Virus record (IMG/VR): IMGVR_UViG_3300027754_000045
Location: 1 to 64,000 of that record
Reading direction: 5' to 3' (one strand)
Source of the DNA: a virus
Length of the DNA stretch: 64,000 bases
Part shown: positions 55,196 through 64,000 of the stretch, one piece after another
Position numbering within the stretch: the first letter of the stretch is position 1
How the letters are laid out: every line of letters begins with the position of its first letter
The notes under the pieces: generated by a model
Databases searched by the model: none
What the model was told of the DNA's origin: nothing
What the model saw: the letters and a program-made list of their open reading frames with translations, nothing else
Translations under genes and position numbers: made by a program

Positions 55196-56785
55196 ATGGA
55201 ATTAGAATTATTTGGTTTTACAATAGGCAAAAAAAAGGCACAGGAAAATACTCCTGTAAATCCCGAAGTCATTACTCCCGACAGTTATGATGGTTCTTAT
55301 GTTTTAGAAACTGGTGGAGTTTTTGGAACATTTGCTGATTTTTCTGGAAATGCCAGAGACGAAAATCAATTAATTACTCATTATAGATCTATGGCATTGC
55401 ATCCAGAAGTGGATGCTGCTATTGAGGATATTGTTAATGAGTCTATTGTGCTAGATTTGGACAGAAAACCTATCAAGTTAGATTTAGATAGAGTGAATCT
55501 TTCTGAAGTTATTAAAACTAAAATTTATAGTGAATTCAATCACATATTAAAACTTTTAGATTTTTCAAACAAATCTCATGATATTTTTAGAAGATGGTTT
55601 ATTGATGCCAAGACATTTTATTATAAAAAAATTGATAAAAACGATATTCGAAAAGGTATTATTGAGTTGGTTCCTATTGATCCTGTGAAGATTAAAAAGG
55701 TCAGAAAAGTAGAAAAGGATAAGACTGTTTATGGTGGTGCTGCTCCTTTTTCCCCGATTAAAAGTATTCAAGAATATTATGTTTATACTGACACAGATAA
55801 GGAAGCAAACTTTCCAACAAATCCAACGGGATGGAAAATTGCACCAGATACAATTGCTTATGTTCATTCTGGTATTATTGACTCCACCACAAAACGTGTA
55901 GTTGGTTATTTGCAGAAGGCAGTTCGACCCCTAAATCTTCTTCGGCAGATTGAAGATGCTGTAGCCATCTACAGAATTTCTCGTGCTCCAGAACGACGAG
56001 TATTTTACGTAGACGTTGGTAATTTGCCAAAGCAAAAGGCAGAACAATATCTTCGTGAAATCATGAACCGATATCGTAATAAAACAATTTATGATCCTAG
56101 CACTGGCGAAATCAAAGATGAGCGTAATCATATGAGCATGCTCGAAGATTACTGGATGCCTCGACGTGATGGTGGTCGTGGTACAGAAATCAGCACTCTT
56201 GATGGTGGTCAAAATCTTGGTCAAATGGATGATGTTAATTATCTACTACAAAAGCTTTACCGAGCTCTTGGTGTTCCCCTATCACGCATGATGCCTGATG
56301 GTGGTTTTAATATGGGCAAAAGTGCTGAGATTACTCGTGACGAAGTTAAATTTAATAAATTTGTTGACCGTTTACGACAACGATTTAGCAGTATATTTTT
56401 TGATCTTTTAAAGACTCAAGTAATTCTTAAAGGGTTGATGACTGAAGAAGATTGGAACAGAATTGTTCAAGATATTGGTTTTAAATTTAATAATGATTCT
56501 TATTTTGCTGAACTCAAGAACAACGACATTCTTCGTGAACGTCTAGACATTATTGCTGCTGTGACTCCTTATGTTGGTCGTTTCTTTTCTGCAGAGTATG
56601 TTCGTAAGAATTTCTTGAAACAGACCGATGAGGACATTATTGAAATTGACGCACAGATAAATAGAGAAATGCAGAAACAAATCGAAGCGCAAGAAGCACA
56701 GGCATATCAGCAAATGTTAGCAGGAGAAGAGCCTGGTCAAGAAGAAGAACAACAGCCAGAAGGCGAACAACCACCCCCACAATGA
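55196..56785 (+). CDS. gp20: portal vertex protein gp20
   Basis: YR.MA.HPEVD.AIEDIVNE, IYRISRAPERRVFYVDVGNLPK.KAEQY, EDYW.PRR.GGRGTEI. Confidence 0.99.
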   Translation: MELELFGFTIGKKKAQENTPVNPEVITPDSYDGSYVLETGGVFGTFADFSGNARDENQLITHYRSMALHPEVDAAIEDIVNESIVLDLDRKPIKLDLDRVNLSEVIKTKIYSEFNHILKLLDFSNKSHDIFRRWFIDAKTFYYKKIDKNDIRKGIIELVPIDPVKIKKVRKVEKDKTVYGGAAPFSPIKSIQEYYVYTDTDKEANFPTNPTGWKIAPDTIAYVHSGIIDSTTKRVVGYLQKAVRPLNLLRQIEDAVAIYRISRAPERRVFYVDVGNLPKQKAEQYLREIMNRYRNKTIYDPSTGEIKDERNHMSMLEDYWMPRRDGGRGTEISTLDGGQNLGQMDDVNYLLQKLYRALGVPLSRMMPDGGFNMGKSAEITRDEVKFNKFVDRLRQRFSSIFFDLLKTQVILKGLMTEEDWNRIVQDIGFKFNNDSYFAELKNNDILRERLDIIAAVTPYVGRFFSAEYVRKNFLKQTDEDIIEIDAQINREMQKQIEAQEAQAYQQMLAGEEPGQEEEQQPEGEQPPPQ

Positions 56786-57195
56786 GCACCGCAAATAGAC
56801 TAGTCCAGATGATTCTTAGGGGTAAACCCGATCAATTTAATACTGTTATTAAGGAGTATTTGAATGATCGAGCTTCTATTATGATGGAGCAAGTCTATCT
56901 AGAAGAGAGTAAAAATATACTAAAATTATTAGAACCTATTCAAATTCAATTAGAATCATTAAAGCCAGAACCAATTGTAATGACTCAATTTGTCCCTGAA
57001 AATTCATACCAATTACGAGACGGAGCTGTTGGTATTTTGGACGAATCTCAACAAGATTCCGTGGGTAAACTATATAAAAGTCTAAATACTGATAACAGGC
57101 AACGTTTAGTTAAATTACTCTCAGAATCACAAGAATCATTTAATCGCATATTAAATTTAGCAAAAATAGAAAGTACTAAAAATGGAAACAAATAA
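56782..57195 (+). CDS. prohead core protein (gp67/gp68-like)
   Basis: Synteny between portal and protease; LY..LN.DN...L motif. Confidence 0.55.
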   Translation: MSTANRLVQMILRGKPDQFNTVIKEYLNDRASIMMEQVYLEESKNILKLLEPIQIQLESLKPEPIVMTQFVPENSYQLRDGAVGILDESQQDSVGKLYKSLNTDNRQRLVKLLSESQESFNRILNLAKIESTKNGNK

Positions 57196-57601
57196 TCAAA
57201 TTCACTCATTTATTCGACTAGTTATGAACGAAAATCTTGCTCAAGCACAGGGAGTGATTCGTGACACTCTTAATGAAAAATTGAATGCTGCTCTTGATGA
57301 AAAGTTTGAAGCTTATGCTCCTGCTATTTTTGAAGAACTAGATCCTGTCGGAGAAGAAGATGGTGATATTGATAATGATGGAGATGAAGACAAAACCGAT
57401 GGTTATCTAAAGAATCGCCGCAAAACTGTTAGTGCTGCAATAAATGAAGAAGGCGAAGAAGAAGGCGACGAAGGCGGCGAAGAAGAAGGCGAAGAAGGCG
57501 AAGAAGAAACCACTCAATCTGCTCCTCCAGTTCAAAACTCTATGCCTCAGATTATGCCACAATCTGGTGGTTCTAGCTCTTCTGATTCAGATGGATATTA
57601 A
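57182..57601 (+). CDS. acidic prohead core protein (gp67-like)
   Basis: [24 protein letters not shown] and Glu-rich tail. Confidence 0.6.
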   Translation: METNNQIHSFIRLVMNENLAQAQGVIRDTLNEKLNAALDEKFEAYAPAIFEELDPVGEEDGDIDNDGDEDKTDGYLKNRRKTVSAAINEEGEEEGDEGGEEEGEEGEEETTQSAPPVQNSMPQIMPQSGGSSSSDSDGY

Positions 57602-57604
57602 TTC

Positions 57605-58252
57605 ATGAAGCTAATAACCGAAACATCTCAGGACGTTAAATTTCTAACCGAAGCCGCTGATGGTGGAGGAAAGAATTATTTCATTGAAGGTGTCTTTATG
57701 CAATCAGACACACTCAATCGCAACAAGAGAATGTATCCAACTCAAATTCTTATGAATGAAGCTCGTCGTTATGACCGAGAGTATGTTCAAAACAAGAGAG
57801 CATTTGGTGAGTTGAACCATCCAACAAATCCTGTTGTTAATTTGGATCGTGTTTCTCATATAATTCTAGAGTTCAGAAATAGCGGAAAAGATGTTCATGG
57901 TCGTGCAAAAATCATGGGTACTCCGATGGGAGAGATCGTAAAGAGTCTTATCAACGAAGGAGCTAGTCTTGGTGTGTCCACACGAGGAATGGGTTCATTG
58001 AGTCCAAAGAATGGTTACAGCGAAGTATGCAAAGATTTCACTCTTAGTGCAGTGGATATTGTTGCGGATCCTAGTGCTCCTGGTGCGTTTGTAAACGGCA
58101 TCATGGAAGGTAAAGAATGGATTTGGGACAATGGTATTTTGGTTGAACAAGAGATTGAACGATACCACAGAGAACTCAAGAAGACTTCGAGTAGACAATT
58201 AGAGGCAAAGGCAATTAAACTTTTTGAAAATTTTCTAAAACGATTAAAATGA
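57605..58252 (+). CDS. gp21: prohead protease gp21
   Basis: MKLITE, IEG.FMQ, NRN.R.YP, GEL.HP, LGVS.RG.GS, D.VADPSAP.AFV.GIME. Confidence 0.98.
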   Translation: MKLITETSQDVKFLTEAADGGGKNYFIEGVFMQSDTLNRNKRMYPTQILMNEARRYDREYVQNKRAFGELNHPTNPVVNLDRVSHIILEFRNSGKDVHGRAKIMGTPMGEIVKSLINEGASLGVSTRGMGSLSPKNGYSEVCKDFTLSAVDIVADPSAPGAFVNGIMEGKEWIWDNGILVEQEIERYHRELKKTSSRQLEAKAIKLFENFLKRLK

Positions 58253-60651
58253 GTAAATCAAAATTCCAATCAGAAAAAGATAAACAACAATCAATATTTA
58301 ATTGTATTGGTTCGATTACTGGCAATTTGTCTGAAGCAGTTATTTCTAATACCAATCCTCTTGTTTTAAATAATAAAAAATCACAACAATCTCCATCATT
58401 TAATCAAACGGCATCTTCGCCAACATTTAATCAGACTGCATCTTCGCCAACATTTAATCAGCCTCAACCTGGAGTACAAGATGTTTGGAATCGGTTATTA
58501 TTACCAAAAAACCCACAACCAGTTGCTCCTGTTGCTGGTGTACAATCTAATATAGAAACAAATAAAACTAGCGGTTTAGGTTCTAGCCCAAATATTAATG
58601 GTGTATCAAAATCAATCAATAATCAATCTCAAACTAAAAAAACATTTAATAAATTTTTCAAAAGTTCGGCAACTAATGGTCAAGATATGGATTTGGCAGA
58701 TCAGATTACATTACATAATAACCGAGTAGCTCAACTTTCAAGAAATCCGTCAAGTCCAAATTTTGTAGGACCTCCAGCCCCAGGCAGAACACAAAGAGAT
58801 ACTATTGGCAATGATGTATTAGGAAATCCTGTAGTTAATGGGGTTCAGATGGATTCTCCGTTTAATAATTCAGCAAAAGTTCCGTTTAAATATGATTTTA
58901 GTGGTGACGCTGCTCCAAATCTTAATCTTAGTTCTAGTGGGAATAAAACAAATCCAGCAGCTCCTGCTGTGGCTCGTTTAGGTTATGGTGCTTCTGTTCG
59001 TACACCAAAAGCAGCATCAACATCTAAAAATGAGCAAACACCAATGCGTGGTGATGAAGATCAAGGAGCATCAGAAACAAATCAGATGATTACTCCTAAT
59101 TATTCAGGTGAAGCACAACATCAAGATATGTTTGCTGGTAGTGGTAGACCTGCAGATACTGATCGTCGTCCAGGAGGAGTAGAAAATGTTGCTGCAGGAA
59201 TTGTTAATAAACAAGATACTATAGGCACTCCTAATACAACTGGTACTGGTATTTTTACATCAAAAACAGGTGACTTTGCGGCTAAATCACAAAATAATAA
59301 TCCGCCATCTAATCCTGGCTTTATGACTTCTCCTCAAGGTGCACCTTCTCCTGAATTACCAAGGAGATCATCTCAAACTGGTGATTTTAAAGTTACTCCA
59401 ACAAATCCTAATACTCCAGCATCTAATCCTGGTTTTATGAGTTCTTCTCAAGGTTCTCCTGTGATTAACAGTAATCAATCTGTAGAACAAAGAGCCGATA
59501 AACAAACTGGAACCAATGGAAGAAATATTGGTGATATGCGAAAAGAAAACGAACAATATGCACAAGCAGCTAGAGATAGAGGAGAACCGCTTATTGGGTC
59601 TCCAGAATGGGTTACTTGGAATAGAGCAAAAAATCAAAAACGTCTTGATGATGCTGGAATTAACCAAACAGTAGATCAGGTAGTTTCTTCGCAAAAGAAA
59701 GAAGAGAGACAGATTGTTAATCCAGATGATTATCTGAAGAGATCTAAGCAAAGAGATGTTGCTGCTCCTTATGGAAGAAATGCTGATGGAAATGTATTAA
59801 CTTTTGACGATTATACCGAGAATCAAACAGTAAAGCTGGTAACGGCAGCAAAGCATGCAGAGCGAAGAAGAGTTGCAAGAGATCAAGCAGATCCTGAAGG
59901 AGCGAAAATAAGAGCTGCCAAGAGCCTGGAAAATTTAGAATTATACGGTAATGATAATAGAGGCAACAGAAATACTGGTGGCGGCGGTGGTGATATAGCA
60001 AACAGAGCTGGAAATCAGCCGATGACGGAAGGTTTTTCAGATGTTCTTGGGATGCTTGGTAAAAGTGCAGTTGTTGCTGCAACAACTCCTTGGGGACAAG
60101 CAACGTCTTATGGTTTAGGTGCTATGGGGGATATAGGATATGATCCTGCGAACGTAAAACAACAAGGAGATCATTATTCCAATATATTATCTGGAGGAGG
60201 TAATTTATCAAAATATTTTATTAATAAAATACCTGGAGCAAAAAATCTACCTCTAATAGATCCTATTGGTGTAGCGGCGGGAGGTGTTCTTAACCAACTT
60301 CCTAAACATTTAGTGCGAATGGCATTTGATCCAAGATCCGAATATAAATCAAACTATAAATCAAACATAGAGACTACAGATACTTCAAAAGAAAATGCTA
60401 AGAAAGAACCAGATACCACAACAGGAACTTCAACAGAACCTTCAACGGAACCTTCAACAGGAACTCCAGCAAAAAAACTAAAAAAACCAGCAAAAAAACC
60501 AGTAGAAACTTCAGAAGGACCTGAGGCGACAGAGACAGGTCGTAAACCAGGAACAGACTCTACTTGGGAAGCTAATGCCAGACTACTAGACACAAATTAC
60601 AAAACTCGAAAAGCAGGAGTCGCAGATGCGGCAAAAATATCACTAGCTTAA
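58249..60651 (+). CDS. 800-aa low-complexity protein inserted between gp21 and gp22, putative internal head protein
   Basis: N/S/P/Q/T-rich, internal repeats, LSE|A and MTE|G candidate protease sites; ATGA coupling to gp21. Confidence 0.6.
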   Translation: MSKSKFQSEKDKQQSIFNCIGSITGNLSEAVISNTNPLVLNNKKSQQSPSFNQTASSPTFNQTASSPTFNQPQPGVQDVWNRLLLPKNPQPVAPVAGVQSNIETNKTSGLGSSPNINGVSKSINNQSQTKKTFNKFFKSSATNGQDMDLADQITLHNNRVAQLSRNPSSPNFVGPPAPGRTQRDTIGNDVLGNPVVNGVQMDSPFNNSAKVPFKYDFSGDAAPNLNLSSSGNKTNPAAPAVARLGYGASVRTPKAASTSKNEQTPMRGDEDQGASETNQMITPNYSGEAQHQDMFAGSGRPADTDRRPGGVENVAAGIVNKQDTIGTPNTTGTGIFTSKTGDFAAKSQNNNPPSNPGFMTSPQGAPSPELPRRSSQTGDFKVTPTNPNTPASNPGFMSSSQGSPVINSNQSVEQRADKQTGTNGRNIGDMRKENEQYAQAARDRGEPLIGSPEWVTWNRAKNQKRLDDAGINQTVDQVVSSQKKEERQIVNPDDYLKRSKQRDVAAPYGRNADGNVLTFDDYTENQTVKLVTAAKHAERRRVARDQADPEGAKIRAAKSLENLELYGNDNRGNRNTGGGGGDIANRAGNQPMTEGFSDVLGMLGKSAVVAATTPWGQATSYGLGAMGDIGYDPANVKQQGDHYSNILSGGGNLSKYFINKIPGAKNLPLIDPIGVAAGGVLNQLPKHLVRMAFDPRSEYKSNYKSNIETTDTSKENAKKEPDTTTGTSTEPSTEPSTGTPAKKLKKPAKKPVETSEGPEATETGRKPGTDSTWEANARLLDTNYKTRKAGVADAAKISLA
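58390..58461 (+). repeat. 27-bp tandem repeat (SPTFNQTAS), about 2.7 copies
   Basis: tcgccaacatttaatcagactgcatct-like units. Confidence 0.8.
59764..59946 (+). repeat. second copy of the 183-bp duplicated segment (see 24421-24603)
   Basis: APYGRNADG...ENLELY versus APYGRDAEG...ENLKLY. Confidence 0.9.
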
Positions 60652-60671
60652 TGTTCAGAAATAACAATTAT

Positions 60672-60679
60672 TATAAATA
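60672..60679 (+). promoter_or_regulatory. T4-type late promoter TATAAATA for gp22/gp23
   Basis: Exact motif, followed by TAAGGA RBS. Confidence 0.8.
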
Positions 60680-60701
60680 AGAAAGACTAAGGAACTAATA
60701 T

Positions 60702-61619
60702 ATGGAACCACAAAATAACAATGTTGCTCAACCGTCTAATGTATTGATTGATGCTCGTACATACACCAAGGATGCTTCTGGTAAAGGAGTTGTTCTTGGT
60801 ACTGAAGATTTGAGCTGGCTTGAGGGTCGTGCTCAACAGAATCAAGGCAGTCTTCGCCCAATGAGCGGAGGCGTAGAAGCTCCACCTCCACAAGGAGCAC
60901 AGGCTGCAATGAACGAACAACTTCAGAATCTTTTTAGTGGTGAAAATCTTTCCGAAGAATTCATGGGCAAGGCTTCAGTTGTATTTGAAGCTGCTCTGAA
61001 CGAAAGAACCGAAACGATTCGTCAAGCCATGTTGACCGAAGCCAGCACTCTTGTGGAACAAGAAGTCGGCAATGCAGTCAATGAACTTGCCACACGTTTA
61101 GATGAATATCTGAGCTATGCTGTGGATGAGTGGATGAAGGAAAACAAGTTGGCTGTGGAGAGCGGTATTCGCACAGAAATTTCTGAAAGCTTTATCAGTG
61201 GTCTCAAGTCGTTGTTTGAAACACACTACATTGAAGTTCCAGAAAACAAGCATGATATTCTTGAGGATCTGTTCTCAGAGAATCAAGAACTAGAAACCAC
61301 ACTGAACGAGCAGATTCAAACAAACATGAAGTTTAAGCAAGAACTTGACCAAGGTGCTGCACGAGCAGTATTCATGGAAGCAGTTTCGGACTTAACTCAA
61401 GTTGACGCAGAGCGTCTTGCTAGTCTTGCAAACAGTATCAACTACACAAGCCCACAAGAATTTCACAACAAGCTTGTGGTACTTAAGGAAAATTATCTCA
61501 AGGCAGCACCAGTTGTTGCAAGAGAACCAGAAACATTGACCGAACAAAAGATTATTCCACAAGCGGATAGTTTGATGTCTGGTTATGTACATGCACTTGG
61601 TCGTCACTCAAAGAAGTAA
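60702..61619 (+). CDS. gp22: prohead scaffold protein gp22
   Basis: LSEEF..KA..VFEAA, D.YL.Y...EWM.EN.LAVE.GIR.EI.ESF..GLK.LFE.HYIEVPE. Confidence 0.96.
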   Translation: MEPQNNNVAQPSNVLIDARTYTKDASGKGVVLGTEDLSWLEGRAQQNQGSLRPMSGGVEAPPPQGAQAAMNEQLQNLFSGENLSEEFMGKASVVFEAALNERTETIRQAMLTEASTLVEQEVGNAVNELATRLDEYLSYAVDEWMKENKLAVESGIRTEISESFISGLKSLFETHYIEVPENKHDILEDLFSENQELETTLNEQIQTNMKFKQELDQGAARAVFMEAVSDLTQVDAERLASLANSINYTSPQEFHNKLVVLKENYLKAAPVVAREPETLTEQKIIPQADSLMSGYVHALGRHSKK

Positions 61620-61671
61620 GTAACTAATTTACTATAAATCTAACATTATACTCAAAAGGAGATAAATTAAA

Positions 61672-63096
61672 ATGGATTTCAATCAGAACTCATCGTACGA
61701 CACTTTACTAGAAAAATGGGACCCCCTTCTCAATCACGAGTCGATCCCTTCAATTCAAGATTCATACAAGAAGAAGGTAACTGCCGTCCTCTTGGAGAAT
61801 CAAGAAGTTGCTTTGCGTCAACAATACATCTCAGAAGCCAACACCATGGGTGGTAATTTTACTACTGGTCAAGTTGGTTCCGCAGGTAATCTTGCTGGTT
61901 ACGATCCAATCCTTATCAGCTTGGTTCGTCGTAGCATGCCAAACTTGATGGCTTATGACATTGCAGGCGTTCAGCCGATGAGTGCTCCTACGGGCCTTAT
62001 CTTTGCAATGCGCAGCCGTTATGACGGTACTACTCTTGGCGGAGAAGCTCTCTTCCAAGAACCATACGCAGCATTCTCTGGTTCAGGTAACGGTGCTACT
62101 GGTGCCGCTTCTGGTGTTACAGGTGCTTGCCAAGGCGTAGATCCTTCTTACGGTGGCACAGGTTCACAAGCTGGTGGTAGTGTACTTCGTGCTGACGGTT
62201 TAACCTTTGGTATTCGCAACGCTTCATTTAACATGGGTGCCTTTAGAGGCATGTTAACGGGAGAAGGCGAATCTCTTGGTGGCTCTGGTGCTAGCAAGGT
62301 TTTCCGAGAAATGGGTTTCAGCATTGAACGTATCGCTGTCGAAGCAAAGACACGTGCTCTCAAGGCAGAATACACAACTGAATTGGCTCAAGACTTGAAG
62401 GCTGTTCACGGCTTAGACGCTGAGAGCGAACTTGCTAATATTCTTAGCACTGAAATTCTCAACGAAATCAATCGTGAATTGATCTACACTCTTTATCGTG
62501 TAGCCAAGACTGGTTGTGGTCAAGGTGATCTTTCTACTGCTGGTGTTTACGATCTCAATACGGATTCAGATGGTCGCTGGAGCGCAGAACGCTTCCGTGG
62601 TCTGATGTTCCAAATTGAACGTGAAGCCAACGTCATTGCAAAGGAAACTCGTCGTGGTAAGGGTAACTTTATTGTTTGCTCTTCAGACGTTGCTTCTGCT
62701 CTTGCAATGGGTGGTTTCCTTAATGTCAGCCCAGCACTAAACGTGCAACTTGAAGTTGATGATACTGGCAATACGTTTGCTGGTATTCTTAACGGCAAGT
62801 TCAAGGTTTACATCGATCCTTATGCCAAGACCAATGCCAACTTCGTAATGGTTGGTTATCGTGGAGCAAGTCCATACGATGCTGGCGTGTTCTACTGCCC
62901 ATACGTTCCTCTCCAAATGGTGAGAGCCGTTGATCAGTCAACATTCCAACCAAAGATTGGATTTAAGACTCGTTACGGTATGGTTCAAAATCCTTTTGCT
63001 GATAATGCAGCGGGTATTGATACTGTTGGTTCAAATCAGTACTATCGTATCTTTGCAGTAAGTAACTTGCATGGTAACACAGGTTTCGGACTTTAA
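61672..63096 (+). CDS. gp23: major capsid protein gp23
   Basis: DPILISLVRR.MPNL.AYD..GVQPM..PTGLIFAMRSRY, AK.RALKAEY..ELAQDLKA.HGLDAE, FYCPYVPLQM, QPKIGFKTRYG. Confidence 0.99.
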   Translation: MDFNQNSSYDTLLEKWDPLLNHESIPSIQDSYKKKVTAVLLENQEVALRQQYISEANTMGGNFTTGQVGSAGNLAGYDPILISLVRRSMPNLMAYDIAGVQPMSAPTGLIFAMRSRYDGTTLGGEALFQEPYAAFSGSGNGATGAASGVTGACQGVDPSYGGTGSQAGGSVLRADGLTFGIRNASFNMGAFRGMLTGEGESLGGSGASKVFREMGFSIERIAVEAKTRALKAEYTTELAQDLKAVHGLDAESELANILSTEILNEINRELIYTLYRVAKTGCGQGDLSTAGVYDLNTDSDGRWSAERFRGLMFQIEREANVIAKETRRGKGNFIVCSSDVASALAMGGFLNVSPALNVQLEVDDTGNTFAGILNGKFKVYIDPYAKTNANFVMVGYRGASPYDAGVFYCPYVPLQMVRAVDQSTFQPKIGFKTRYGMVQNPFADNAAGIDTVGSNQYYRIFAVSNLHGNTGFGL

Positions 63097-63123
63097 TCCA
63101 AAACTTAAGTAAATAACGAATAT

Positions 63124-63152
63124 GGGGAGGCCTTAAAAAGCCTCCCCTTTTT
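63124..63152 (+). terminator. intrinsic terminator after gp23
   Basis: GGGGAGGC-cttaaaaa-GCCTCCCC-TTTTT. Confidence 0.88.
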
Positions 63153-63156
63153 GTTA

Positions 63157-63164
63157 TATAAATA
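63157..63164 (+). promoter_or_regulatory. T4-type late promoter TATAAATA
   Basis: Exact motif, 4 nt before ATG 63169. Confidence 0.75.
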
Positions 63165-63168
63165 CTAT

Positions 63169-63669
63169 ATGGCAACAATCCCAGCAACACATAATGCACT
63201 TATAGTCAATTATTTTCAATTTGTTTTGGATAGAGTTCCTAATATGTCATATTTTTGTCAAAGTGCAAACCTTCCAGGAATAGCATTTGGATCAGCAGAA
63301 CAACCAACTGTTTTGGGTCATCCAGTCAAAGTTCCTACAGGAGCATTTCGGTTTGAAGATCTTGAACTGACTTTTCGTGTTGACGAGAATTTAACAAATT
63401 GGAGAGAGATACATAACTGGATTAAAAGTATTGGAAATTATGATTCTGATGAAGACACTCTTCCGTATGATAAAAAAACATCAGATGCTGATTTGTCGAT
63501 AACCAACAGTTCTTATCGTCCAAAAATTAATATACATTTCAAGCACGTATTTCCCATTTCTTTAAGTGGTTTAAATTTTAATACTACTGCTATAGACTCT
63601 ATGGAAATGACTGCTACTGTAAAATTTGCATTTACTGGTTATGAAATTAAAAATTTAGTTACTCCTTAA
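63169..63669 (+). CDS. gp3: tail tube terminator gp3
   Basis: F.F.L.R.P...YFCQ.ANLPGI, F.VDENL.NW.EI.NW, FP.SLS.L.F. Confidence 0.92.
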   Translation: MATIPATHNALIVNYFQFVLDRVPNMSYFCQSANLPGIAFGSAEQPTVLGHPVKVPTGAFRFEDLELTFRVDENLTNWREIHNWIKSIGNYDSDEDTLPYDKKTSDADLSITNSSYRPKINIHFKHVFPISLSGLNFNTTAIDSMEMTATVKFAFTGYEIKNLVTP

Positions 63670-63686
63670 TAACAGGAATTTATATT

Positions 63687-64000
63687 ATGAATTTAAATGA
63701 TATTAAAAATATGGTTAAAACTGACCTGAGTATTGATCAAACTGTTTTAGATACGGAATCTAGTAGAACTCCACAACTCCATAATAAATATTTGGTTTTA
63801 TTTATGGACGAACGTTTAAAATTAAAACGTATAGAAAATGAATTATTAGTTTTACGAAGAAATAAATGGTTATACTATACTGGTCGTATGAGTAAAGAAG
63901 AACTTACACAATTTGGATGGGAACCATTCGAATTAAATGTACTAAAAACAGAATCTAATGATCTGATAGACTCTGATAATGATTACATTAAAATGTCTGA
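63687..64000 (+). CDS. uvsY: recombination mediator UvsY, partial (runs off window)
   Basis: Hand translation MNLNDIKNMVKTDLSID...LD.ES...PQLHNKYL...KWLYYTG...EPF...VLK; standard position after gp3. Confidence 0.9.
   Translation, partial: MNLNDIKNMVKTDLSIDQTVLDTESSRTPQLHNKYLVLFMDERLKLKRIENELLVLRRNKWLYYTGRMSKEELTQFGWEPFELNVLKTESNDLIDSDNDYIKMS

Noticed and set aside
57448-57510. GAAGAAGGC repeats
   Set aside because: Simply encode the Glu/Gly-rich tail expected in prohead core proteins
24421-59946. DGR template/variable repeat pair
   Set aside because: Differences between the two 183-bp copies are not adenine-specific, both copies are coding, and no reverse transcriptase is in the window
1-64000. 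CRISPR array, IS element, intron or intein
   Set aside because: No regularly spaced repeats or transposase seen; gp17, gp20 and gp23 are continuous and of normal length

Overview
The window is a fragment of a large, AT-rich T4-like (Tevenvirinae/Kyanoviridae-grade) myophage genome; no host-chromosome genes, CRISPR array, reverse transcriptase or IS element are visible. About 1-14 kb is an accessory region. It holds a cluster of late genes whose products start with a T4-type capsid-targeting peptide (a nucleotidyltransferase, a lysozyme-like protein, a zincin and two unknowns), a glycosylase-like protein, five tRNAs that all read A-ending codons, two late-promoter-driven structured ncRNA candidates, a cationic 44-aa peptide and a ferritin-like protein. 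About 14-23 kb encodes a 2210-aa Cys-rich RCC1-repeat protein and two minus-strand putative virion proteins. About 23-64 kb runs gp33, gp32, then the morphogenesis module (gp26/51 fusion, gp54, gp4, gp48, gp53, hub, gp25, gp6, gp7, gp8, fibres, gp13-gp23, gp3) and a partial uvsY. The main oddities are: a G-x-T(G/A) motif shared by unrelated virion proteins (possible modification sequon); an apparently reduced tail (188-aa gene in the tape-measure slot, 379-aa sheath, no gp5 between hub and gp25); a 183-bp segment duplicated between that 188-aa gene and an 800-aa gene in the head operon; a T10 run fusing gp26 to gp51; sigma70 promoters with an invariant 16-bp spacer; and probable leaderless transcripts. 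Cys-rich GACC modules and RCC1 repeats hint at a Planctomycetota (Phycisphaerae-like) host, which is inference only. All family assignments come from motif recognition and synteny, not from database searches.
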